A stretch of DNA of 59,500 bases, counting the filler, from Circinaria calcarea (taxonomy: Eukaryota): assembly GCA_051942165.1 (NCBI GenBank). It is 10 parts of 10 records of this genome, joined end to end, with 100 filler letters (N's around TTAATTAATTAA, not from the genome) between each part and the next. Parts side by side here need not be neighbours in the genome. Positions count along the whole stretch, not along the records: positions 1 to 5,873 come from JAVECS010001760.1; positions 5,974 to 11,844 come from JAVECS010001761.1; 8 more parts are not named here. One strand, 5' to 3'. Shown piece after piece: positions 1 through 11,005 of the stretch. A program made the position numbers and the translations under genes. The notes beneath the pieces were generated by a model. It did no database searches, was not told the DNA's origin, and worked only from the letters and a program-made list of their open reading frames with translations. Within the stretch, counting starts at the first letter, position 1; each line of letters opens with the position of its first letter.

Positions 1-518
1 GTCGAGCGAGATTGGGAAGTCTTGCGAGGAAAAGGGATGAGTGGGTTTTGGGTCGCGGCATTCGGTGCAGACCCATTCATCGCGAGGTTGAACGGGCTGG
101 CTTGCATTGCGGCAACCTTGTTTGAACTTGACCGGCGGAACGGATTCCTGAGCGTGTTCGAAGCCGAGCGTTTGGGAGGTATTGTAATATTCTCCGACGA
201 GACGGGAGGAGCTTTGTATGATGAAGGGGATTTTTGTATCTTCGCAGCCGAAGGTGTCGAGGGAGAAGTCACCATCAGGGGTTTCATGGGAGAGGCACTC
301 GACTGCGAAACGGCATTGTGGTGGTGGTGATCCATGGGACCATCGAAGTGCGTGAAAGCCGGAGGATGTGAATCGGTGGTGGGAGTAATGGCTTCTGCCG
401 GCTCACTGCTTGTCTCGTCTTCCTCTTCTTCGAGTATGGCATGGTCTGTGTCGATGTGTCGCATGTCGGGAAAGGTTGACGAATGTACCAGACGGAGATG
501 GTCAATGGCAACCGACAT
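1..518 (-). CDS. N-terminal part of a hypothetical protein (low-complexity, Ser/Pro-rich), running off the window start
   Basis: Manual translation from ATG at 518 is open for 172 codons to position 1: MSVAIDHLRLVHSSTFPDMRHIDTDHAILEEEEDETSSEPAEAITPTTDSH...KRSASNTLRNPFRRSSSNK. It is absent from the ORF track because it has no stop in the window. No catalytic domain is visible. Confidence 0.7.
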   Translation of the reverse strand, partial: MSVAIDHLRLVHSSTFPDMRHIDTDHAILEEEEDETSSEPAEAITPTTDSHPPAFTHFDGPMDHHHHNAVSQSSASPMKPLMVTSPSTPSAAKIQKSPSSYKAPPVSSENITIPPKRSASNTLRNPFRRSSSNKVAAMQASPFNLAMNGSAPNAATQNPLIPFPRKTSQSRS

Positions 519-3500
519 GATTCAAGTGGCTTTGGAGGGGTCGAATCCGTTCAATTGACTCTCGATGGCGTGATGCAGGTGTCTGGCGGTCAACACCGGT
601 CTGTCTGTACAGAAGGAAACAGCGTAAAAGTGCTGGTTATAGGTTTGATGAGGCTGGCCAGTTGCGGTCCAGGCGCAATTAATCAAATGGCGACTGGTGC
701 TGCCGACTTCATGCAAGCTGGTGCCCGAATCACAATTTCCAATGGCGGGGTACGTGTGGATCACCCCAAAGTCCGGGGATTTCTGCAAGCCACACGGACA
801 GGATCAAGAATGAACAAGAATAGAGAAGCAGAGGGAGAAAGGATGTCGAGGTCGGAGGGGGTTCATAAAGCAGCGGAGACAGGAAGAGACGGAGGGGCAG
901 GACGTCGAGTAGTGGGGTGGTGTGTGTATGAGAGAGAGAGGGAGAGGGTGTGTTGAGAAGGTGCTAGTGAGTGGTGGATAATGGATAGTGGACGATGAAT
1001 GGTGGATAGTGGGATGCTTTGGACAATTTCCGGGGATTTAGGGATTAATAATAGAGACGAGCGTCAAGTAAGGTGAGGCAGGAGCGAGGTCGAACCAGGT
1101 GACCCCTGGCACGTTCGACGCTCGAGATGATGTCCCGGAGTTGGCCACCACGACTACGGATCTTTACTTTTGGCTCGAAGGGGTGAATTGTCGGTATTCG
1201 CCGTCCGAGTCGTGGTCGATGGTGGTGTTATCTCGGTGCGTGAGAGAGCCTTGTCACGAAAGAAAAAAAAAGCGGCGGGGGTGCTTTCAGCCCAGGGCTA
1301 TTCCGTTGATCCGGAAAAAGAGTGCCGAAATAGGGGGTGTGGTAGATCACTTGGTTGTGCCAGGAATTTTCGGCGGAATGGATTCAGGATGGAATTAGAC
1401 TCTCCAGGCACAACAACTCGGGGACTATACGCAGAGAGGGAAGAGTTGGGAATGGAAGGAGGAGGGGAGGTTGAGATTAATTCCCTCATGTACTCGGGTC
1501 TCAAACTGCCAAGCAGACCATGGGGAATGTCAAGTGAAGGCACAAAAGGCGATTGACCGTCAATGCGAGTCTGACGCTACACACTATATCTGCCACGGAC
1601 GGATGGCACAGCTCAACTAATCACTCCCTGCGGTCTCGGACAGAGCAGTTGCGCGCAATGCTGGATGGGCATCAGAGGCAAGGCAACTGCATACGCCGGG
1701 GGAAGAGTTGCTTGGCTTCGCATTGGGTTGGAGAAAGCCCTTCCCAGTCTCTGCTGTTGGCTTTGGAAGTGTCAATCAAGCGTCGCTCTTTCTTCTTTCC
1801 CTCCGTATACGTGTCGGTGGGTTATCACATCTCCCCCATCCAGGGACTCGCCAGGTCGAATCGAGGCAAAACTGCGGCATTAATCCTCGAAAGATGCCAC
1901 GGTCACTTGGACGGCGGATGACCACTCGAAGGCTCGCTCCGCGCGTCAAGACTCCATGACAACAATACCACCGCCCGGTCGGAAGCGGTGAATGCTGGGA
2001 AAAAGAATGTCGCAGCCAAGGTGCCAAGAGGCCAAGGGAATGCAGGAGCCCTTGGAATGTCGCTGTCCGTGGCATCTCTCCCAATTCGAAATTTCTCTGA
2101 ATGCAGCTGCCGCCGTCGTCGTCGTTGGACTTGTCGCGAATAGATGTAGCCACAACGGGCGCTTAGTTGTCTTGGACCGTCTTGGAGTCTTGGGATCTCG
2201 TCATAAGGAGGGGATATGTCGTACGAGGCACTCCTATCGATTCCAACGTGTGGATGCGATGCGACGGTGTTGTGCATCATGGAACAGTGGTATCGCATTG
2301 GAATCATGGATTTTTATTTAACCACCCCCAAGACCCGTTCCTCGGCCATTCCATTTGTTCTCCAGCTGCAGCAAGCCAGTGTTTCCCTTTCCCACAGACA
2401 TTTGCCAATCTTCGCACTTGCGCACCATGCATTCGAGGCCGATGCCGAGCAAGTCGCGCATTCATCAGAGTCCTTATCATCATGATTCACCGGATGGTGG
2501 GGCAATTACACGTACGAGTCGAATCTCCGATTAGTCCCAGCACTTCCTCCCCTTTCCTTCCCCTTCCCCCTTTCGCTGCCTGTTCCCTCGATAAGGTACT
2601 CCTGGCCCTTCTGGTCCTCTCGAGACACAACGAGCGCTCCGATTGCCAGTTCCGCGTCTGCATCTCATCCATGATCCCATTCCACTCGCTAGCGGGCCCT
2701 CCAGACTGGCTCGGTCCAAGAAGGTATGGTATAACAGGTGATTCCCCCGACTCGCTGAATTCCAAATGCTTCCTTGTGGTTCCCAACTCTTTTGTGCTTG
2801 GAGTAGTACCTTTTACGCTGCCGACTTCGCATATGCAGTCTCGTTTGTACTATAGCCACATCAATCGGGATTATCCCCAAGGCTAGAACAATTTGCGGAG
2901 TCGCAGGGCAGGGTGATAGTGAAAGGTCTGCAGGTTCTTGGGTGTGTCACACCAGATGCACATCAAAATGATAAATGCGCATGCAGCCGGCTCCTTCTGC
3001 CTTTTAACGAGCCTGGGCATGCATGTTGATGTTCTCATCCATTTCCATCCGCGGCATCTACTCCGATAGACCAGTTCCCTCTCATCGTCCAACAAAGGTC
3101 TGAGCGCCCACGTCTTCCTATTGCAATCGTGCAACTGGCAACGCGAGGACAGCGCCCGGTGGGCTGCATGTCTGTCAATTGATCACCAGGACAATTCATT
3201 ATCCACAATCACCTTGCGGGGTCGGACTATTTCCTTTGGGGCATCTCGCTGACGCGACGCTACTCCGCTGTCTACGCTGTCTGGAACCGTTAGCTTGACG
3301 ACACAGTCCATATCCAACTTCCGCTTGCAGCGCTTTTGACGCATCTACTCCAAACCGGAGCAAATCCTATCACCGTCGACATCCAACCCCCCCATGCTCC
3401 CCTTAGCCTTATCGACCTCACCCCCACTAACAACCCCACCAATAACTTTGTACTACCACGCACAATCTATCAAAACGTGAGGATGATCCCCAACCCCGAT

Positions 3501-5456
3501 TTCCTGCTGTCAATTTGTCAAAACCGGACGTGAAACGAATCAAACGACGTCCAATTTCCACGAGGGATGCTTATCCCTGGCTCTCGTTTGCTCGCTTATC
3601 GTTGCCCTGAGGCTTTTACCACGATCATCCGTGACCTTCCATCACCATTGCGACCCCTCCTGTCCAACAGGCTAATCTTCTTTCCAGAATCCTACCACTT
3701 CCTTTTGAGCGGCTCATCCAGACGCACGACCCCACACCCATTTTTCATCCTCCAACCGTTTGTCGGCGAATAGAGTCTTAAACCATCACACCCACCCGTT
3801 AATTGGACCTCGATTCCGCTAACAGCCCGGTGGTTGGCCCGAATGCTTGTTCCGCCTCGTCTTCCCACCCCCCTCCTCTTCATGATCCAAAACAAGCTTT
3901 GCGTCCCTTTTCCGTCCCAAGGTCGTGATGCGATTCTCCCGTTCTTTCAAGGCTAGCACAATGAGATTTATCCGCTTTCCCCTTCCTTTCACTACTAAAA
4001 TGTACAGAAGGGGAAGTTCGCCGGTTAGGATAGAATATGCGTATCGTGATCACTGTTGTAACATCACTTGGCACACGAGAATCGGTTTAGCGCAATAAAA
4101 CACCGACTTGCTGTGTTCGAGCCGGCAGAGTCGACTCTTGGTATCAAAAGTCATCTCCCAAAATTCTTTCTAGCCAACCGGAAAACATCGCCTTGTACCG
4201 GTTTTAAACTTCTGACTATATGAGATCGCTGCTTGGGTCTTTTTAACTTTTACTTGGGTCGATTTACTTTTTTTCAGCTGCAAGATCGGGCAGATTTCCC
4301 TTCGGATCGGAGTGTCTGCTGCTCCGGTTTACCCCTCCTCGTTTGTCCTTCCTATCATCTTGCTATCCCGGCAGCCCGGTCTCCTCATCCACGTGACTTG
4401 CCTAATGGCAGCGACGAGGTAATGCTATCATTTGTAGCCTATGATGAAAATAATCTCGGCCCAGCTGTACCCTGACACTGATGCTGACACATTCATCGAG
4501 GCCGTCGCGGCCAACGCGCCCATGAACTGGAAAGATAAATCCCCTGCGCGCCTTTGCCAACCCCTCACGTAACCGGCCTACTTTTCCCTCGGTGTTTGGC
4601 CTCGATCACAACGATCCACGCCTTCCCAACATCCCGAGTGGGATAGATGGAGAAAAAGGGGCATTTCGAGTTGGCGCAAAAAGGTAAGGTAACCCTTTAT
4701 ATCCAGGGTTTGCTGCATCTTCTGCCCGGCCTTTTTTACTCGAAGATAGTATTCAGTCTCCTGGTTTGGGATTCAACACCCGATCCGGTAACAACACAGA
4801 GTATCAACTCCACGCGCCTCGCCCCCCCCCGTCTCGTTCACTTTTGCTAGGAAAAGACGTTCGGCAAAGGTTCGTTGGCGGGTGTTTGGCGGGTGATGCC
4901 CAAAAGGAGAAAGATCCTCTCCGGGGAAACGTGTGTGCCTGTCAGCGGTAGGATATCGTTTTTCCCATTCTTCGACATCGCAGCGGTTTATCCAATTGAA
5001 AAAAAAGCCCGCTGATGCTGGCGCTCGGGAGATTGAGGTTTTACAGAAAGGGTTCATCTGCCAAAGACGTACCAAAGACGCAGGGCAGGGGCAGGGCAGG
5101 GGAAGGGAGGTTCGGCGGATCCTTGTCCGTCCAGGTTACCTATGTAGGAGTTGTAATGGGGCGAGGGCGAGGGCGAGGGGAAAGGATCAAATTATACCGT
5201 TTTGACGGGCATGTGGCAGCGATAATGAGCTTTGTCGGACCCTCCCCTCCCGGCAGGAGAAAGGGATTGACGGGTGGACGGAAGAATGGACGGATATGGG
5301 TACGGGAGAGCATTGGGGTGGGAGAAAGTTGGAGAGAAGGTGATTTCCCATAGTCCGTAGCAGGTCCCTCGAAATTTATTCTCAACCCCGATCTCGTAGA
5401 TGCGTTATGTCTATTCTTTTTCTTTCCCTGTTTTTCCCGGTGGGTTTTTGTGAAAA

Positions 5457-5756
5457 GGGGGGGGGGGGGGAGAGGGGGATTTCATTCTATCCTTCTATAA
5501 TCGATCGGGCTGGAAGTAACAAGTAATTAAAAATGCTCTGTGTGTGTGTGTGTGTGTGTGTATTTTTCTTTTTCCCCTTCAAATTCAGAAGGAAAAAAAT
5601 CCAATCAAAACCCCCAAAAAACCGAAAACCGAAATCCTCCCCCGTGCCACTGTCACTGCCACTGCCACGGTAACAGAAATTTTTTCTGCCGTAGAAAAGA
5701 AAGAAAAAAAAAACTTCCCACCTCTTCTCTCTCTCTCTCTCTCTCTTCTCTCTCAC
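5457..5756. repeat. Cluster of simple repeats: poly-G, (TG)n, A-tracts, (CT)n
   Basis: G14 at 5457-5470, (TG)n at ~5539-5561, (CT)n at ~5727-5754. Confidence 0.9.
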
Positions 5757-5873
5757 GCACACTCACGGCCCCCCCCTGGTCATTTCCTACGGATGGACGG
5801 CATGGCTGCGTTCTATAATACCATTTCCCCCCCCCTCCCGGCCCCAAACCCAGAAAACCTAACACCCTTTGGA

Positions 5874-5973
5874 NNNNNNNNNNNNNNNNNNNNNNNNNNN
5901 NNNNNNNNNNNNNNNNNTTAATTAATTAANNNNNNNNNNNNNNNNNNNNNNNNNNNNNNNNNNNNNNNNNNNN
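5874..5973. other. Artificial contig spacer 1
   Basis: 44 N + TTAATTAATTAA (stops in all six frames) + 44 N. Confidence 0.99.
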
Positions 5974-6354
5974 ATGCTTATAGACCGTGTTCAATAGACT
6001 CCATACTATTGAGCCTAGGGCAACAGTTCAACTACACCCTATGTAACCGTGCTATCACCAATCGAGACTTAACATATTCCTCATTAGGCCTCAAGGATTG
6101 CAGCGCCCTTACAGTATGCGCGGTACTCGACCATGCCCGATCCGGCCTCGCGGGGTTGTCGCCGTTCGAGTATTTCGACGATATCCTTCCGGGGCTCCTT
6201 GCACCTGAAATGGAGCCTTTTCGTCGCTTTTTCTGGATATTTCAACTCGATATCCACGAATGGCCTTTTTACGCCTGTTACATTCTGACTGCGTCAATAT
6301 AAGTCCTCAGACGGGCCCTTTTTTTTGGATTTTTTCTCCTTATCAGTTCCGCGT

Positions 6355-6467
6355 CTTTTTTCTTTTTTCTTTTTTCTTTTTTCTTTTTTCTTTTTTCTTT
6401 TTTCTTTTTTCTTTTTTCTTTTTTCTTTTTTCTTTTTTCTTTTTTCTTTTTTCTTTTTTCTTTTTTC
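6355..6467. repeat. (CTTTTTT)16 perfect 7-bp tandem array
   Basis: A C occurs every 7 nt from 6355 to 6467; this array explains the spurious Phe-rich ORFs here. Confidence 0.95.
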
Positions 6468-6793
6468 TCGAATATCGTGTGAAGGAAATACGGTGCTCCG
6501 CTATGCTTTTAAGGAATGAGCAAAGACGCTGTCGAGAATGGGTTTCGAGGACCTGAATAGTAAAGAATCAGAGTGTATGGTATGAACTGACTGCTATAGT
6601 GTAATGTACATATAGAGAACGTATCGTAATGGAATTCGGCATTGCTGCTGAATTGCTATTCTGCTCTGTTGTGTATGCATGTGCGTGTGTGTACAGAACA
6701 TGAAAATCCCGAGTCCCTCTATGCATGCGCCCTAACTCCCAATGAAAAACCCGTCCCTTTCCAGTCTAGCTCCTTTGCCCCCCCACCACATTG

Positions 6794-7414
6794 TTATATT
6801 TCAACCACGGCAATGAATATTCCCAAAAGAATATTTTTGAGAACTTTGAAAGTGTCCGCAGCTACCCTATCACCCGCCATACTCGACGCACTCGCTATAC
6901 TCCCCGTGCTGCTCCCCGTGCTGCTCCCCGTGCTACTCCCCGTAGCACTTCCAGTCTCCTCCACCGTAGTCGACGCTTGAGTCTCCGTAGACGCTGCCGC
7001 TATCGATAAGCTCCGAGTCGTAGACTTGATTGTTATCGACGTAGAGGGTGTCGGAGACGATATTATGACCACTACTTCACTTGTTGATGCAGCCTGGGTC
7101 GTGGACTTGACTGTGTGTGTCGGCGAGAGTGTGTGCTTTGAGGAGGGTGTGGCCGATTCACAAGGTGGTGGTGTCCTGTCTGCTGGCGGGCCTGGTGACC
7201 CAAAAGACGGCGGGCATTGCGTACAAGGTTCTGGTGGTGGCCCTATTGACGGGGTTGACGGGTCAGGTGGCGCCGAACCGCACAGATAGACGGCAGTGGT
7301 GGTGGTAGAGCTAGAACAACAGATCGCGCTTGACAGGCTGGCGAGAAGGAGGAACAGGAATGCATAGAAGAGGGCTTGGAGCGGTAGATTGGGGGTTTGA
7401 CGGAGAGGGAGCAT
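6794..7414 (-). CDS. Putative secreted Ser/Thr/Pro-rich GPI-anchored cell-surface protein (206 aa)
   Basis: N-terminal hydrophobic stretch (ALFYAFLFLLLASLSSA), Cys/Pro-rich head, S/T-rich stalk with TGSS repeats, and a C-terminal hydrophobic tail (ILLGIFIAVVEI). Confidence 0.6.
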   Translation of the reverse strand: MLPLRQTPNLPLQALFYAFLFLLLASLSSAICCSSSTTTTAVYLCGSAPPDPSTPSIGPPPEPCTQCPPSFGSPGPPADRTPPPCESATPSSKHTLSPTHTVKSTTQAASTSEVVVIISSPTPSTSITIKSTTRSLSIAAASTETQASTTVEETGSATGSSTGSSTGSSTGSIASASSMAGDRVAADTFKVLKNILLGIFIAVVEI

Positions 7415-7503
7415 GGTTTTCGAGGACGGGATGGTTTTCGACGACAGGATGGTTTTCGACGACAGGATGATTTTCGACGACGGGATGGTTTTCGACGACG
7501 AGA
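7413..7503. repeat. 18-bp minisatellite, 5 copies, immediately upstream of the GPI-protein start codon
   Basis: ATGGTTTTCGACGAC(A/G)GG-type units in tandem. Confidence 0.9.
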
Positions 7504-8339
7504 TGCTGGTGTCTAGAGAAGAGTTGCCCTTGGGAGGACCATTTAACCTCAGGGCCGTGGCGAATTCGAAATGCCCGACGCAAATCGCCTATTCGCCTAC
7601 AGCCGGAGATTGCGATGTTACCTTCGGCGACCGAACTGCTATGTGGAAAAATTGATGGAAGCAAGGGGAGAAACTGGACCCCGCCCGTGACTGGTGGGCT
7701 TAGCATTTTTTGAAAAGATATCAATGCGGGTCCGGTGGCGAGAAAGGGTGTACCCGACGGAGCGGGAGTTGGGAGTCGGCACGGGAGTGGGGACGGGTGT
7801 AGGGATACTAGGGTTTGGGCGTTTTCGGACAGCTGTTGGATCGGGGGATAAACGGGGATTGGGGATTGGACGGGTGGTGCTTGTGCATAAGAGGCTTTGT
7901 GAGTCGACACACCCTCGCCCTGTCATAAGACATCTAATGCTGTTCTTTTCTTTATTCTGACAGTGACACAGGCTAAGATGCATACGCTGCACATCTGTTC
8001 CGGAGGACGTCGCACCCGTCGCCAGTTTTGAAGAGCTGTGTGGGGGGAATTAGGGGGGCTTTTGGCTTTGATTCGGCCACATTCGGCCCTGCGTGAGAGC
8101 GCAAGCGTGGCGAGCGCTTAGTGAGGGTTGTGATGGTGATGGACAAGTACTTGCGAATGCGTTGGCGGGGGGCCTGAAAGTACAAGTTGTCAAAGAGCAG
8201 CTATGGGGGAACTTGACGGTACCTGGTGGAGAGGTCAATGGGTGGTCTAGACTTTAGTGGAGAAACGGATATTACTTTCCTATTCTGGCAAAAACTTGAA
8301 ACCTACCTACCTACCTCCTATCACCTAACAAAAAACCAC

Positions 8340-10440
8340 TCAATCAATAACATCATCCCTCAACGCAAACAACTGCTTGACCACCTCTTCCGCCTTGGTC
8401 CCTAATGCATTGTGATACATTGCGTTCGTAATATATTGCTTGCACCCCTTGATCCTGGCAGCTGTCTCTTGTGCATATTCGAAATCTACATAGAGGTCAT
8501 CATAGTACGTAACGGCGTACACTGGAACTTCGTTTTCTGCAAGCACAGCCTCATCGTACAGGTCTGGCCAGTCGGCATCTTGAGCTAGGAGTTCCGCAGT
8601 TTCGCGCAGGGGAACCAGCTCGTCGTAGGTGGTGTACATGTCTTTCAAGATCTACAGATGGTTAGCGGATAAGAGAGGAGACGGTCAAATCAGCAAGGCG
8701 ATATAGTTAGAAAAGGAGTGCCAACCATCTCTGCCGTGAAGAAAATCGGCTTGCTGCGGTCTTCACCGCTGTACTGGAATTCAGGGAGTTCTGCCATCAT
8801 GCGCTCAGCCGACCAATTACTGGCCGCACTGCAATCCTCAATCAGTGATGATTCTCCGGTTGGACGACCTTGGTCTAGTGTTTACCCTTGAAGGTAGCAG
8901 GGTTCATGCAGGATTGCATAAAGAATGGAGATATTGAATGGGAACATCGCCTCAAATGCATCAAGCGTAGGTCTGGTGAACTCCCCAAACATGTGCAAGT
9001 CATTGATGAAACGTAATACCATATCTATATTAACGTTAGTAGGACCAGTTGATTCAGGGAATGTTGCCACCAACCATGCACCATATCCATCCCTCCTTCT
9101 CTATGTCAGCAACGATCACATAACCTTTATATACCAGAAACTTACCGTGTCCCCCAAAGTACATTCCTAGTTGTCTTAAGTGCATGGGATTAAGCTTGGT
9201 GCCTGACGGCAGTTTGACATTTTCTTTAGCAAGGTACTGGGCTATATCATGGACCCTCTTGACATCTTCGGGGTACTTTTCGTAATACTTCCTACTCCTT
9301 TCGGCGACTTTCTCTACATTTTATAAGCCAGGAAAAGACACGGACTGAGGGATTCTACTTACTGAGCAGCTTGACGTATAACGCATCAGGTTGACGTACC
9401 AATGGGGCCAGGCCTCCAACTATAAAGACTGTATAGAGCCGTTAGTACAAGCTGGGTAAGAAAACGGGGAGACCGGATAACATCTATCTACCTTCTTGGA
9501 GGCCTTCAGGGCTAGAGCGTTTTTCAGCTACAGCTTAGCGATAGCTACATTTGAAGACTCACAATCTTGACAGATAATTCAGGCAACAAAAGCCTCCAAA
9601 GCTCTGGCCCATAATAGTCCATTTCTTCTTGTTTTCCGGGTAATCTTTGGTTAGGGTCTTACGGATGGCTTCGCAATCCTTGACTATGATGTATCGGTAA
9701 GGCACATGTACTCGTAGAGACCTGGACTCTAAAAACGTCTCTCAACCTACCAATACTGTCTGCACGGAAGTTCTTCAGATAAGCCGCTTGCTCTTTGGCT
9801 CCGCCATGCTTGGCGAGTGTTTGGGCGGTAATCGTCGTACTAAGACCAGCGCCTATCAATGGCGGTAAGAAGATTAGCAAAGAGTACGAGTTGGTAAAGG
9901 GAAGTTTGTAGTGAGGATAAGCCTAACCACGCTGATCCAAGAGAAGCACCTGTGGAGGTCAGTACACGCGGTATGAAGATTTATCAAGGCCGCTACTACC
10001 TGATAGCCTTTGTCGAGGATAGGATTGATCCAGGCACAGTTCTGTGGCGGGCGACATGGCATTCCAGGGCCACCTGAACAGAATTAGTTATAGAAATGAT
10101 ACGATTTGGGTGTGTAATGCCTTGAAGATAGAGGACTGGAATCCAGTTAGACCAACAGCCGGACCTCAGAATAGCTCTTCACTGCTGCTTACACCATGGC
10201 AATCGCTTTACTTCCTCCTTTGCAGGGTCTACTGGCTTCTCTGCACGTTCGACACTTCGAGCGAACAGACGAAGCAAACCATCTTCGGGTTTGGAGTGGT
10301 CCTTGGGGACTTCAAAGAACAGCTCCGAGACTTTGAGCTTTTCTGGTGATTTATTTTCAGAATAACCGATTCACCATTTGACCGTCATGCTAACCTGGGA
10401 TAATGTGTGATCTCTGTTCGAGCAATTCGGCCATCGACAT
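8340..10440 (-). CDS. Proline iminopeptidase / prolyl aminopeptidase (alpha/beta hydrolase, S33-type), 14 exons
   Basis: Spliced translation gives MSMAELLEQRSHIIP..ELFFEVPKDH..LPWFLYLQGGPG..LLLDQRGAGLST..FRADSIVKDCEAIR..IMGQSFGGFC (nucleophile Ser)..YYDDLYVD..MYHNAL. The frame stays intact through all predicted exons. Confidence 0.92.
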
Positions 10441-10524
10441 GGTTGCAGTTGATATCTAACGGTAGCCTTTTGCCAGCACTATGCCTCTCGCCTGGGTAGA
10501 TGCTGGTACTTGTAATCTAACTTA

Positions 10525-11003
10525 TCGTTGCTGACAAAGTGATGGGTGCTTTTTCAGTGGGTTTTTTCTTTTTTTTGCGATCTCCGCAAGGATTGTGGAG
10601 AGGCACTAGCAAGGATAGCCGTACCATAGTAATTAACTAGTAAACACTATCTTTATTTATTTCTCCTCTGATTTTATTACATTATTAAAAATGCTCCAAA
10701 TCTTAAAGTTGAAACAGTGATTTTATTGTCGTATTCAGCTCTACCAAACCCACTTTTAGTATTAAAAATGCGTTGGTGGCGCATAAAGTTATATCGCTGC
10801 GAAATAGTGAGTGGTAGTTTTTTTTAAAAAATTTCACGTGACTACATTTTTCGCTTAAATTCATTCGCGTAAATAAAGATAGTGTTTACTAGTAAGTTAT
10901 TATGGTACGGTTACCCTTGCTAGTGCCTCTCCACAATCCTTGCGGAGATCGCAAAAAAAAAAAACCCCCCACTGAAAAGCGCCCATCATTTTGTCAGCAA
11001 CGA
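10525..11003. mobile_element. Non-autonomous DNA transposon (MITE), 479 bp, ~135-bp TIRs, TA target-site duplication; Tc1/mariner-pogo-like
   Basis: 10525-10659 is the near-perfect reverse complement of 10870-11003 (TCGTTGCTGACAAA...TTTGTCAGCAACGA). TA flanks both ends (10523-24, 11004-05). The core is AT-rich and noncoding. Confidence 0.88.
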
Positions 11004-11005
11004 TA

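Noticed and set aside
6260..6556. Phe-rich ORFs resembling membrane proteins
   Set aside because: Products of the (CTTTTTT)16 array.
7311..7910. 199-aa ORF with PVVENH repeats
   Set aside because: Non-ATG start, overlaps the better GPI-protein ORF, and the repeat is explained by the 18-bp minisatellite.
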